Made by a program: the position numbers and the translations under genes
Shown here: positions 30,301 to 45,868 of the stretch, one piece after another
Position numbering within the stretch: position 1 is the stretch's first letter
Layout: the number at the start of each line of letters is the position of its first letter
Source: the human T2T-CHM13v2.0 reference genome, Homo sapiens
DNA: 64,000 nucleotides
Assembly: GCF_009914755.1 (NCBI RefSeq)
Contig: NC_060938.1
Strand: one strand, 5' to 3'
Notes under the pieces: generated by a model
Told to the model about the DNA's origin: nothing
Seen by the model: the letters and a program-made list of their open reading frames with translations, nothing else
Database searches by the model: none

Positions 30301-32869
30301 TAAATGAGAGTCAAAACTGTAAAAAGAAACATGTAGACAATTTACAGAGAATGTTTACCAATTTACCTAGGAAAGAAAAAATCTGTTTCATGCGGCTAAC
30401 ATAATCTTAACCATAAAACTGGTTAACACCAAAGGAGAAAGGACTTTTAGCTAATCTAATTTATGAGTATAAATCTTATTTATAAACATATTCAAAAATC
30501 TTAAATATTAGCAAGCATCATTCTTAATTGTATTTATCACAGAAATACTGGTAAAATTTGATGTTTGGAAATTGAGTACTATATTTAGTCGCATTAAGAT
30601 AAAAGATACAAAAAACCCACAAATATAGATGACAAATCAATGCAGACAGAAAATAACATTCAAACATTTCAATACCTATTTATAATTAGGATGGAAGGCT
30701 TGCTATATGCAAGCTTAATACATAAAAATCAGTAATATGTGTACATATGTTCATACCATCAATACTCATTTAGATAAAAAAGAAGAAGAAAATCCATTCA
30801 TAAAACAAGATTCCATAAAAAATTCGGGGCCAAATTAAACAAAATAAATTCAAAACTATTAAGAAAAAATAGAATTATTTTATTGAAGTTCTTGAGAAAA
30901 ATATCTAAATAATTGAAACAATTCATATGGTCACAGATAAAAATATTCACTATTGTAAAGCAACAACTCCCACCCCATATCAATTTATAAATGTAATGCA
31001 ATGATTACATAAAGATTATTTTATGGAATTTGGCTTATTAATTTTAATTTATTAATTTTAAAATTCATATGAAAGAATAAATTGCCAAAATAAGACAAAC
31101 TTGAAAAAAGAGTAGAAGGGCTTGCCCTATTAAATATCAAATTTCTTATAAACCTATAGTACTAAATTATTTTCAAATAATCACAAATGCACACATAACA
31201 TGCTTCACTTGTAAAATCTAACATTTATAGGGTGCTTACTATAGCCTAATTATTTTTCTACATGCTTTGTGAAAATTAACTCAATATTCAGAGAAATCCT
31301 ATGAAGCATATGAGGATTACAAGTAAGGAAACAGAACTGGAGTGTTTAGGAAATTGTCAAGATTCCATAGCTATTAAGTAATTGAGCTGATTTTCAAATC
31401 CAGACAGTCTAGCTCATGCTATTAACCAATGTGCCTTAAACACCAGTTGACTTTTAACTGTCATTGAAACCTCTAGTAATTTAATCCTTCTCAAATTACT
31501 CGACATTTGTAAATCAACAGATGGAATCTAATCCTCTCTGAAGAAATATATCTGCTGCATTTCTTCGATTTTCTAGGATTATTATGTATTGTTGATTATC
31601 ATTATTACCACCCTCTTTTGACAATCTGTTCTCTTGTTTTGCTATGAGTTTATAATCATTTGTTTTATCTCATTCTGAATGTGGCTCTGTTTCTACAATG
31701 AGCCTGGGCCAATATTCCCATTTATTTCTGCTGCCAATAATGAAGAGTTAGAAAGATGCTATTTACACATGTTATTATTTAAAATGTAAATAGTTAGCCA
31801 CAGCTGCTGCAATTTTCCCAATTGTAAGAAAGAGAAATTAGGTGGGGAAATGGGGGCACAACTACATCTATCAATTCTCTAGGCATTCAGAATAAAATAT
31901 GAAAGAAAAAAAAACGAGAAATAATAATTTGCTTCCAGGACACTAAACTTTGAATTGAATAAACCTATGTAAATCCCAGCAACACTTAATATATACAATA
32001 AGCATAATCATAAGATAGGCTTGGAATTAGTAATTTAAAAGTTTAAACTTTTATAAGAGTTTTCAGAAATATTCTGTTTAATTTCCCCATATAAACAATT
32101 GGCAAACCAAAAAAACAAAGTGCAAGATATAATTTCTTCAGTTTCAGGAAAGGTGACTTACATGCATTTTTAGCAAGTAACTTTGAACCACTTAAAAATT
32201 CATTGAAATTTTTAAGTATTAAGTATTAAACATATTTTCTTCAATTTAATGCTTGTGAGATGAATCCATGTTAATATGTGACTCTAGTTCATTCATTTTC
32301 ACTGTGCATAATATTCAACTTTATGAATACACCAAAATTTATATATCCATTCTGCTATTAATAGATATGTTGATTGTTTCCTCTTTAAAAGTTTTGGATT
32401 TTTTGGCTGTTATGAACAATGCACTTTCCAACAATCTTTAACATTTATTCATGGGAACACATAAAGATACCATTAAAGTTTTAAAACAACAAAATAATAA
32501 CACATTGTTAATAGTGCATATATCTAGCAAAATTACAAGTAAATATATCGGAAGGAAAATCAAAGTCAGGATGTCAGTCATCCCTAGGAAAGGAAGGGTA
32601 CATCGGGGATTTTAACTACATTGTTCATGTTTTATTATTAAAGTAGGTTGTGTGTGTGTGTGTGTGTGTGTCTTATTGCTCTACATTTTTTATGTTCCAA
32701 ATACTCCATCAAATTACAAAAAGTGTAGTAAAAATATGAATGTAAAAATAGTCTAAAGGAAAAGATATTTTCCCATTAGAGATTTTATAAAAATGACTCC
32801 GGAAACTGTCTCTTTTTGTTTGCTTGTTTGGTAACATCGTTGGTTGCATGTCACTATTTGTGAAAAGTA

Positions 32870-33390
32870 GCTCCTAAAACAAAAACCCAATGATTGCCTC
32901 TATCTGATAGTCATGTCTTTGTATAAGCTTTTCCCTTTGAATGTGGGCTGGACCTATTGACTGACTTCTAACAAACAGAATACAGCAGAAGTGATAGAAT
33001 TTCACCTCAAAACGTATGTTACAAAAGCAGTGTGGCTTCCTTCTTGGGTGTCCACTATTGCTCTCTTGCTTGCTTGCTCTAAGAGAAGGTGGTTACTATG
33101 TTGTGTGCTGCCACATGGCAAGGAACTGATATTTCTGGCAAACAGGCTGTGAGGGAACAGCAGTTGAAGCCCACCAACAATCACGTGAGTAAGCTTGAAA
33201 GTGAATCTGCCCCGAGTCAAACTTCTCCTAGATGACACACTGATGACAGCCTTACGTGAGACTCTAAGGAGGAGACCTAGCTAAGCCATGAAGGGAGTCC
33301 GGATGCACATAAGCTGTGAGATAATAAATGTTGGTTATTTTAAGCCATAAAATTTTGGGGTAATTTATTCCACAGTAATAAATAAGATTC
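32870..33390 (+). mobile_element. Old MLT1 (F/G/H-like) LTR
   Basis: ccctttgaatgtgggctggac...gtgagataataaatgttggttattttaagcca...ttttggggtaattt; boundaries approximate. Confidence 0.65.
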
Positions 33391-36300
33391 TCTTCTTAGG
33401 AAAATACTATAAACTAGGCTATGAAATGTAAAAAATGTTTGTAGCAGTTAAAATTACAAAGAACAAAAATGAAACAGTCTTGACATATTCAAAAAGATGA
33501 TTGGAGGAGATTCATTTCTAGCACGTCAGAGCAAAGAGATCAAAAAAATCCTCAAATACTCTCCCCAAAAGAAAACCAACATTCCAACATGCTGGAGAAT
33601 GACTGTGAACATACAACAAACTGTTTTGTGAACACTTATTCCCAATATTTACTGAACTTCAAGTAAAAGGATGAAAATGTGTGGTGTTTATGCTTGTGGC
33701 TACTCCTCTACCCCAACCAGGTTCTGTCTGTATAATACTCTAAGCAGTCCTTAGAAACAAGAAGCTTTGCTGTTGTTGTTGGTGACAGCTCACTTAATTT
33801 GAGGTATTTTTCAGTTAAAAACAAGAAGACAGAAGAGCCAACAGCTCTGGTATCCTGAGATTGCAACCTTGATCTCACTCTATCCTGTGGCACACATTCT
33901 CTCTCTTCCCCTTACCTCTTTCTCACCCTACCATCCCCTCCCTCCCCCATCCATATATAGAAATACCCATACATGCTCAGCCACAAACACACGCTAAACT
34001 ATATGAACAATTTTATCGGTGCTGCTACTGCAATCCCACATGATACAGGGACAATTTAGAGCCATCATGTTGCTCTTTTGTGAAAAGATTCCTCCCAGAG
34101 TGACTTGACAAGAAACCATAGAGATTATTTCCCCACAGCCACGGAATATAGTAGGTTTAAGTACCTCTGCTTAAGAATCATAAGATAAAGGTGAAAAATA
34201 TTATTTATGGCAACCACAGCTGCTGATATCGAGTCAGGTGTCATTTCTATTCCTCCTTAAAAAAAAATTGAGGTATTCTGAATCCATTTACTTTTCCTCC
34301 TCCCCATCACCTTTTAAACAAAAATGCTGTCATTGATTTGCAGTTTCATGATGATTGAAAGCATGCTTTTGCTGTTAGACAATCATCATTTAAAAGTTTA
34401 ATCCCATAATTGTTTCCTAAATCATAAAAACAAATCTTAAATTTCAGTGTATATTTAAATTATTAATGTGACAGACAGAACTTAGATACATGATTTTTGA
34501 AGAGTACAGAATTAAAGAGGTATTTAATCACTTTGTCAGGTAGGAGATGGACTTAATATATCTAAAATCATTTTTGGTGGTCTTTCTCACTGAGATGGTG
34601 ACAATTAACACCTAAAAGACACCTTCATGTAGCAATAAAAAGAAATAATGAGGCTGTGTTACAATGCCCTAGTAAAATGTCACTCTTTTGATTACTTCTC
34701 CAGAATTTGTCTGCCAAATCCCATCATTTGTCTCATTTATCTGTCATTTTAGCTGTAGGGTAGTGGTAGCATCTTACAGAAGTGCTCAGGTTCCTGGCTA
34801 TTTACTAAACAGTCCACGATAAATTCAAATCTGTCACTACACCCAAAATGAGGCTAGAGTTAATTTACTTGTGCAAATTGAAACATGCCAGATCTTCCTT
34901 TTGTTTCCGTATAGTTCCTGGACATGGCCACTTTGCTGATTTAAGAGTTGGAACCTAATTACCCTTTGCAACGCTGCTGTGGTAAAATAGCATGAATGTG
35001 TAACCAGTCTCACTGACAGCAATATACACAGCCTCCCAGGACAGCAAGCCAGATTAAAATCAATGACTTGGGTCGAAGGGCCTTTCTGTCCTTTGGGCTG
35101 AAATATTAGAAAGTCAGGACATGCTGTATTATATAAACACATTGACCTTCAAGGTATGTGTCCTTTGGAATTTTTCTTATAATCTCCGGAGGAAATATAA
35201 AAACAGCAAATTCAATTAAGTTACTTCACAGATTGACTTGAATGTAAGGTCAAAGTTCCCAGAAATAGACCTTAAAACATTATCTTTGGCTACGTAAAAA
35301 TAACAACAACAACAAAATAAAAGCAAAAGTGCATCTCTACAAGGTTGCCATACCTGTACAACATGTAACATTTAGTCTCATAATGTTCAGAAAATCATGA
35401 TCCCATATAAATTATTCGGTATTTTTCTTTCCTCTCTTAATAAAATGAGTTTTATAAACAGAAATATTTCCAGGAGGGGAAAAAAGAGAAAGTAGCTCAC
35501 TATGGAACTACCTAAATCAATTTTCATTTCATATTCATAGTTGAATACAGCTATAACTGGCTGGGGTAACATAGTGGAAAATCCAATATGGAGACTTGTA
35601 TGTGCACTGGATTTTCAATCTTATTACACTACCTTGTTTGAAACAACATAGTTAGAGGTCTGTTAGTGCAGTTTTTTTCTCTATATAAGCTCACTTTTTC
35701 GGGAGACATTCATTCATTCAACTATTTGAAAATATCAAGTTGAGACTTGCCCTATGGTTCTTATATTAGATTTAGGGAAGGATAGTTTTTCAACTGAATG
35801 TTAAATTTTTTTAAGTTCAAAAAGTACTTGTAGCATCTGAATTTAGCCACTCTAACATATATATACATATCTGTGTGTGTGTGTGAGTACACAAGTATGT
35901 GTCCATTTTCCCCCTTAGGACTACAATCTCATGCATATTAGCACTTCAAATATTTGAAAACAATATGGAGACCCTAGAAACCTACCATAATGTTCTTACA
36001 TATTCTTCTTTTATATATCTATATTTTTAAAGACTCAATAAAATTAACCAGTATCTTTTCTTTCATTTTAAGAAAGCAAAAATTTCTTTCTACAAAATAC
36101 ATTAGCTTCTGAATGTATACATTTAGGAAATATATCTCATATATATTTACATATATATATATATATATATGAAAATTCTAGAAATATTATCACCAATTTT
36201 TATAGTATCCATTATTAGAAAAGGCCATCTTACGGTTATCTTTATATTCTCAAAAAGTTTCAGTTGTCACATCAGTTGTTTTAACATCTTGATTTGATTA

Positions 36301-36867
36301 AGGTGTTGATTAACTACTTTTTCAAACAAAATTGTTTAGTAGAAAAATGACCCTATGTCCATGAAAACAAGATTACCAAAGTAAGAATAATATAAATTTT
36401 CCCACTAATAATGAGTTGCTACTTTTCTACCCATTTTTTCATCGGCTGGCCAATCTTTGCAATTAATGGACACATCATAGTTAAATAATAAATCTCCTGA
36501 TGTACCGCAGTCAGAAAAGAGTAATATTGCATATCTACTGTTTAGCTTTTCTTCTTAGAGTCAGAACAGAGTAAAATGAACCCACCCATGATGAGCACAT
36601 AGGGAGGGAATACCAAGGCAGAAAAAACTGGATGCTAATCAAGTGCAGACTACTACAGCTCATGTAAATGAGAAAAACCATCCCAGAGAATGAGTAACTG
36701 ACTGCTTGCACCTTAGTGAGCATACTGGAGAAAACAACCACCCCAGCCAAGCAATTAATGAAGCCCCTGCATTTAAAATCTAAACTGTGCTCAAGTGCAG
36801 ACAATAAGAACTTTCTGCAATTAGTAGTTGATAATAAAGGCAAGGCAACGACAATTGCAGTGGAGAT

Positions 36868-37101
36868 AAGTGTGAGATGGACTAAGAGAAATTTGTGACA
36901 GACAAGAAGAGAAACAATTGCTTTTCTAATTCTTTGAAAAGAGGTATGGGACCGAACGAGGTGGCTCATGCCTGTAAGCCCAGAAAGTGTGAGATGGACT
37001 AAGAGAAATTTGGGACAGACCAGAAGAAAAACAATTGCTTTTCTAATACTTTGAAAGGAGGTATGGGGCCGAACGAGTTGACTCATGCCTGTCAGCCCAG
37101 A
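36868..37101 (+). repeat. 117-bp tandem duplication (2 copies, 9 mismatches) spanning flank and Alu head
   Basis: aagtgtgagatggactaagag...gcccaga at 36868-36984 and 36985-37101. Confidence 0.92.
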
Positions 37102-37388
37102 ACTTGGGAGGCCGAGGTGGGTGGATCGCTTGAGCTCAGGAGTTGGAGACCAGCCTGGGCAACATGGCAAAACCCCATCTCTACAAAAAATACAAAAATT
37201 AGCCTGGTGTGGTGGCACGTAGCTGTAGTCCCAGCTACTTGGGAGGCTGAGGCATGGAAATTGCTTGAACCTGGGAGGCAGAGAACCTGGGAGGTGAGCT
37301 GAGATCACCCCATTGCACTCCAGCCTGGGTGACACAGGGAGACCCTGTCTCAAAAATAAAATAAATAAATAAAAATAAATAAATAAAC
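37066..37388 (+). mobile_element. Alu (AluJ-like)
   Basis: ggccgaacgagttgactcatgcctgt...gagaccctgtctc plus A-rich tail. Confidence 0.92.
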
Positions 37389-39475
37389 AAGATATGGAAA
37401 AATAGTACATCTTCAGAATATATTGTTCAGAGTTTACTGTACAAAACTCTGTTGAATTTAGCTATAAAAACAAGTTATACAAAATTATTACTTTATAGAA
37501 TGTGTTCAGTCATTCTCAGTTAGCTCCTAAATGTGTTAGCTAAATAGGCCAACCACATATGCTTGTTAACTTTAGCAAGGGTGTCTTCTAACCAGTCATG
37601 TATAAAAACAGATTGATATTCACTGCTATAAAACTCCTTCCCCAAAACTCACCAGTGGTGCAGTCTTGTGTTCAAAGGCAGGTGCTAACAGCACAGTTTT
37701 CATGTAAACCTCCTGTTAGAGCTATCTGAATCTCATTGAAAGAATATCATTGTATTTTTTAAAAATCCCAAGTTCAGGAAACCTTTTTATTCTTAAGTTA
37801 TTTGGTGACATTCCTAATCATACTTTAAGACTTATCTTAAGTATTATCTTTCTTGGAAAACTTTCTCAGTCCTCTCGAAAAAGTAAGATTTCAGTAATCG
37901 AATGCAACTTTATTTATCCTCCGTAATAACTAGATTCCAGGCAGGATCTGTCATAATAGCAACAGTAACAGCAGAAACAGCAACTAATAGTTTGCCACTG
38001 AATGTAGCATCTTACCTTATTATATTGTTTAATACTTGTCATCACATTGTATGGTAGGTACCATACCACTATTAACTACTTTAATATCTGGAATCTTACC
38101 TATTGTCTCATAGATAGAGTAGATTAGGAATCAGACCCATCTGTCCCAGAGTCTGGGATCTTAACCATGTGACTATGTAATACTTCCTTATTATTCTGAA
38201 TTTTTTTGCAGTAGCCTATGAACTTTCTGAAGATGTAGAATATGCCATCCTGTTTATCTTTGATCTCTCAATGTATATAAGTTAAGATGGGGAAGTCATG
38301 GTTCTCATGATAGAAAATGCACAAAAATAGAAAAATGCACATAAAGGGCTTAGCACACTAGCTTTCTCATATTAGCAGACAGAAAGCTACTAATTAGTGT
38401 CTGCAAAGTCAGTGAATTATGGCATTATTTGAGGTGTCCTAGCCTGGATTCACAGCACACCTAGAGCTCAGAGAATGATAAAATTGTGCTCCTTTCTTCG
38501 GGTGCTTTTCAGAGGCGTCCTTCAGACAGCTGCTGAAAATGCCATTTGTCACTTGTCATTTATTATAAAATTACATTAAACATGCTATAACAATAAAGGA
38601 CAGTAGGAAAAAGATTTCCTATAGTGGTCTTCAATTACTTTAGTCGTATGGTATAGTTATTAAATGGTCAGACTTACCTCTTTAGCTACTAAGATCAAAA
38701 GCAGAATAAATTTTCTGAAGTCCCTTTAGCACAAGTAACTCAAAAATCACTTCTGCAGCACTATAACTCAAAGAGGTGTTTAAGAAATGTTTCCATGTAT
38801 TTCCCATAATTATATTTCTATTTTACTATACTGTATCCTAAATAGCAAAATCACATTCTAATAATAGTGTTGAAATTTAACTGAAAGAGATTTTCTAGAC
38901 ACAGCAACAATGCTCTTAAATACTTTGAGAGACAAGACTGATTTAATTAAATAATAACAGATTCAGAAGGTTCAGGCTTAAGTTCATCCAGAAGAATGTG
39001 AGTCATTCATTTCCCATTTTTCTTCTGCTGACTCACCAATAATAAAGGCTTTTCTCAAAAACTATTTTCAAAGTAGCTTCATTCTGATGCATATATAGCA
39101 TAGACAAATTTAATCATCAGCACGTTTTCAGTGAAGAATTGTAGTAAATTCACCCATTTTGATATATATATATTTTTTTACAGTATCCACACTTCAAAGT
39201 TGTTGAGCCTTTTAAAAATAGGGATTATCCCTTTGCATAAGAGGAATAGTAAATAATTCTCATTCCACTAGGTTAACTGGACCCTTGGGCCCTCTCTAGG
39301 AAGCACAGTTTCAAGATAAGCACTTGGATCTGACAAAATAAAGCAACCAGCTAATAATAAACCAGGAACCAATAATAAAACTACAGTATTGAACTGAAGA
39401 TTCACATAAAGGAATGTCACAGAGATATGATGCTTTAAGTTATCCTAGAATTACAATTAGGAAGTTAGGTGAATC

Positions 39476-39529
39476 TCACTCTCTCTCTCTCACTCTCTCT
39501 TTCTCTCTCACTCTCTCTTTCTCTCTCTT
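39476..39529. repeat. (CT)n compound microsatellite
   Basis: Interrupted ctctctctct/cact units. Confidence 0.85.
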
Positions 39530-41407
39530 CCCCCATCACAACTTTGCAAGATTATTACTATTACACTAGTTTTTTAAAATAGGAAATCTGAGTTTAAAGA
39601 CACTTCATGCCTTTCCCATAGCCATTTAGCTATAAAATATAGAGACAGGACCAAATGCATTGTTTGTGTTTTCTGTTGCAATGTATCATTTTCTTACTTA
39701 TTTTATATATTCTGGAATGACTGTAATATGAATGTGTTTGATTTAAACACAAGTTCTCACTTTTTTTCTCTGGTGCAATAAGGTACAATTCTCATATTTT
39801 GGCATAAAATTCAGTGTATCTGTTAAATAATGATAGTACATATTCTATTTAAAACCAGTGGCATAAAAATTTTTCTTCATTCAACTTCAAATTATATTAT
39901 TTTCATGTGCACTTTACTTATATTTCAAGTTTCAATGATTGTATTTTGTTTTTAGTTTCCATCAAGGTTAGCAATAGTTTTTAGATTTATTTAACTAGCA
40001 TGAAAAGCATCCTCTTTCAACAAAATTATTAATAATATTGCTAATCTACTCGAAAATAGAGAAAATATTCTCAAATCTCCAAGGAGCACTTTTAAGCCCT
40101 TATTTAAAATTTGAAAATACCTTTTATTAAAATGCAAAGACATTAAGGCTCACCAGCTACTACATCTCAATGCAGGGTGTATTGGATGTGTTTGATGAAC
40201 TGGTTTTATTGGGCCATGGGAAAATGATAAATAATTAATATAGGCTTATATCTACAAAGTTTAATTATCTTCATATTAAGGTTTCTTTTGATATTCAAAT
40301 CAAGAAATAACCTGGTGATTTGCAAAACTGAAAATCATATAAAAAGAGATAAGTTCAAGCAGTTCATTGACTTTTGTTGTGTATCTTAAATAGAAATTTA
40401 AAATGCTATTGCAACAGAGATTTAAAACTTGCTTAAGTCTGTAACTGACAATTGAAAGAAAGGCAGCTGAGGAATTTATAAATAGATTACATATTCCCTT
40501 CAATCTGTGGATAACATCTTAAGTGCCTGAGAAGTGCATTTATAGAAAGTCATCTGAAAACCATGCCTAATAAAGAAAATTAAAAGCCACGTCTGAAATA
40601 AAGTTAAAACTGACACAAAGAGAAAATGCAGCAAATTATGATTTTTGAGCATTCTAGTATTAGCTAATTTTAATTTGATTTACATTTTAAATATATCCTA
40701 TTTTGGCACTTAGTCCAGGCATTTAGTCATATATACATATATATATATCACTAGTTAAATAGTAAACTTATAAGGAAGAGTTTTCAAAACAAAGAGACAT
40801 TTATGTAATGACTTTGTAATCTACTTAATTTCTAAGAATATTGCAGTCATTTTTAAAAAGTGTTTTCTGCTTTTAGTTACTTGTTTTCAGGGAAAATGGA
40901 ACTAGAATACCTTAAAATAAGCTAAATAATTTTCCCTTGAGTGGTAAAATTTATGTAAAGCACCAAACACATTGTGTGAAATAATTGGTTCACATTAAAC
41001 ATATTATAGGAGAGTATAAGTAGCTGTAGTAGTAATAGTAAAGAGGTTCTCAGTGACAAGAATCCTGGGATGAAGAAATCATTATTTCCATTTATTATTT
41101 AAGAGAAAGGTGCAGAGGTTTTAAATACTGTAAGATTAAACAACTTCTAAGCATTGGAGCCAGAATTTTAAGTACTAGCTGCTTCCTAAGCGTATACTTT
41201 TTGCAGTGATTTAACACCGCCCACTAACTTTATATAACATCAGGTCTTACAAGCTACATTATAATATAAACAGATGAATAGTGGCATAACCCTAAAAAGC
41301 TACTTTATAAGAGCTTCACATTTTAAGAAGTTAAAAATTATTTTCATTATTTAAAAGTATATTCTCAATTTAGGATTCATGTATCATCATTTACAACATA
41401 GGCATTA

Positions 41408-41880
41408 TTAATTTTAGGTTCAAAGGAATATGTGTAGGTTTGTTACATGGGTAAATTATGTGTTGCTGAGGCTTGGTATACGAATAAGCCTATCACCAAG
41501 GTAGTGAGCATAATACCTAATAGGTAGCCTTCCAATGCACACCCTCTTCCCCACTCTCTACCCTCAAGCAGTCCCCAGTCTATTGTTCCCTTCTTTGTGT
41601 CCATGTGTATTCAGTGGTTAGCTGCCACTTATAAGGGAAAATATGCAGTATTTGGTTTTCTGTTCCTGTGTTAGTTCACTTCAGATAATGGCCTCCAGCT
41701 GCATTCATGTTGATCCAAAGGACATGATTTCATTATTTTGTATGACTGCATAGTATTCCATGCTGTATATGTACCACATTTTCCTTATCCAGTCCACCAT
41801 TGATGGGTATCTAGGTTGATTCCCTGTCTTTGATATTGTGAATAGTTCCATGATGAACACAAAAGTGCATGTGTCTATTT
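41408..41880 (-). mobile_element. L1 3' end (L1PA15/16-like)
   Basis: gtaggtttgttacatgggtaaa...gcatagtattccatgctgtatatgtaccacatttt; antisense ORF2 peptide CTFVFIMELFTISKTGNQPRYPS. Confidence 0.85.
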
Positions 41881-41917
41881 TTATAATACGTAATACATAT
41901 TTATAAAGGTTCATTGC

Positions 41918-42285
41918 TGCTATTGACTGAATGTTTATGTTCCCTCAAAATTTATATGTTGAAATCTCAACCCCGAATGATATGGTACCTGGAGGTGGAG
42001 CCCTTGGTCAACAATTAGGTAATGAGGGTGGAAGCCTCATGAAGGGGATTAGCATCCTTTTAAGAGATAGACCCTTGCTGTCACTCTCTGTTCTCCACCA
42101 TGTGAAGACAAAGCAAGAAGACAGCCATCTGCAAAGCAGAAAGTGCTCCGTGGCTCACTAGATACCATATCTTCCAGCACCCTGATCTGGATTTCCCAGA
42201 CTCCAGAACTGCAAGAAATAAATGTTTGATATTTACGCTGCCCAGTCATCTATGGTATTGTTTGGTAACTTGATTGACTAAGACA
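41918..42285 (+). mobile_element. MST (MSTD-like) MaLR solo LTR
   Basis: tgctattgactgaatgttt...gactaagaca; TSD attgc/actgc (4 of 5 match). Confidence 0.8.
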
Positions 42286-42361
42286 ACTGCCCTCAGGCAT
42301 GTTTGTCAGAAATGTTCTTGTTGGTGAATCTGAAACAACAAGATTAGAAAAAAGTACTGTA

Positions 42362-42679
<318 letters not shown>

Positions 42680-43024
42680 TTATTTTAGCACTATGGAGTT
42701 ATGGTAACATATTCAGTCCTTGATTTCCTGCAAAATGATACCATTCATATGCACTTTTGCAGCAATCCTGTTTAAGTAAAAAATGTATTTTTTTTTACTT
42801 AAAAAATATTCATAGCCATGTAATTATATCTCTAGCTACAGATCTGTGCATATGAGCAATAAGTGTATTGTCTTCATACATTTGCATTGAATTACTTTTG
42901 TGTGACCTAGTCAAAACAAACTGGTCAAAACAGCAATTTGTTTAAAATAGATTAAATGGTTAGTCTTTACTTCTTAAACTTTGGCTAGTGATATCTACTT
43001 TAACTTGTTTAAAAAATGATTGAG

Positions 43025-43359
<335 letters not shown>

Positions 43360-43522
43360 TTATGATGAAAACATTGCAATGATGCTATGAATATTCTGTT
43401 AAAGCTTTCAACCAGACTCATTTAGCAATGTTTTCAGACTTTTATTTTATAAGTCTTTTATTTTAAAAGAGAATTGATTAGACATTTGGATGAAGAATAA
43501 ACTCTTAAATAATTGAAAGAGA

Positions 43523-43960
43523 TGTGATGAGTAATTTTATGTGTCAACTTGCCTAGGTTATGGTGCCCATTTGCCTAGTCAAACATTAGTACTTGGAAGT
43601 TATTGTTTAGATGTGACTAATATCTTAATCAATAAACGCTGAATAAAACATATTATTCTTTATAATGTGAACAAGCTTAAAGTTGAAAACTTTAAGAACA
43701 GAGACTGAGGTTTCCAGAAAAGAAGGAATTCTCTCCAAGATTGCAATATAAAAACTCTGCCTAAGTTTCCATCCTGCTGCTTTGTGAAGTTAGGATTCAA
43801 GACTGAAACATTAATTCTTACCTAAATTTCCATCCTACTGACCTGCCTTACAAATTTCAGACTTGTCAGCTCCCACAATTGTGGGAGCCAATTTCTTAAA
43901 ATAAATCTCCTCCTCTGTCCCTCTCCCTCTCTCTCTCTATACATATATATGTCATATATA
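43523..43960 (+). mobile_element. MLT2 (ERVL) LTR
   Basis: tgtgatgagtaattttatgtgtcaacttg...gagccaatttcttaaaataaatctc followed by a (CT)/(AT) tract. Confidence 0.75.
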
Positions 43961-45240
43961 TAATTTGAAATAGTATTTTCACATCTGATTTTTTAAATAA
44001 AGACACATAAAACTTGATGTCTAGGTAACTTCCCATCTTCCAATTCAACATTCCAACAATTTTGACTATTTATCCTAGAAACACTTTCTTTAATTCAACA
44101 AATCATTATGACAAAGTAAGCATCTCTGAAAGAATAATAAAATTAGCTTTTAAAATATTCACTTTCTACTAATTTTTTGGTTTCACTAATTTGTTGCTTC
44201 AAAACCATAAACTTTTATCAGAAATGAAGATTGTAGTAAAATGTCAGTGCTAGAGTGTACCTGAGAAAAACATCTTCCAACTCACTCATTTCAAAGTGAT
44301 TGTTGCTCTGAGGTCATACAAATAACATAACAGGATGAAGTCTACTAATAAGATACTACATTGATATCATACTCAAAGAAAAACAATCATACATTATGTG
44401 GAATAAATATTAATAATAAACAGACAGGTATTTGTTACATAATTGAAGAACAGGAAAAACAAGGACAGTTTCTTCCTCCACTATTTTTTCAGCTTACAGA
44501 ATAGTAATTCAGATCAATTTGCAAAGAATATAAAGATGGATTTGATAGTCAGAAGTTTTAGAACAACATAATGTATGACATTTCTACTTCATTGCAAGTT
44601 TTGGCTTAAATGGCTGACCAATAGTAAAAAGCATCCTTAAGTAAATTTAAAAGTATAAAACCATAATATGGATCTCAGTAACATAAAATACAGATGACAT
44701 AAGAACCCAGAAATAATATGTAAACCAAATGCAATAAGGGTAAATGAAAGAGAAAATTAGGAGACTGAAACAAAAAGAGAGCTGTTAATAGAGAAAAAAT
44801 GGAAAAAGAAAACAGAATACATGCTTTATATATATTTATATATTTACTTGTATGTTGTATATATGTGTTTACATATGTATATTCTATATAGTAATAAGGA
44901 TGACCAAAGAACGAAAAAGGAAGAAGAAAGAACCTAATAGTGGAGAAGCCTTAGCACAAAAAAATCACCAATTATCACCACCATATATGGCATTTTTAAT
45001 TTATTTTTTGCTGAAGTAAAATGTAATCAAATACAATAGAGCTAAAATAATTAGAAATATTTATTGAAGACAGAACAGAATGAACGAAACAATTTAAAAG
45101 AATATCATATTTCTAAAACTATTCTTTTTATAGAATAAATCTGTTTCACTGGAGGCAATCAAGAGTTTAATGCCATAATCAATATATGACATTAGTTTTT
45201 AATTACTCATATATGCAACCACTTCCCTTTTTCTATTTTT

Positions 45241-45868
<628 letters not shown>

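Noticed and set aside
36535-37410. 291-aa minus-strand ORF with an internal peptide repeat
   Set aside because: The N-terminal part is antisense Alu, the repeat is the 117-bp DNA duplication, and no domain is recognisable.
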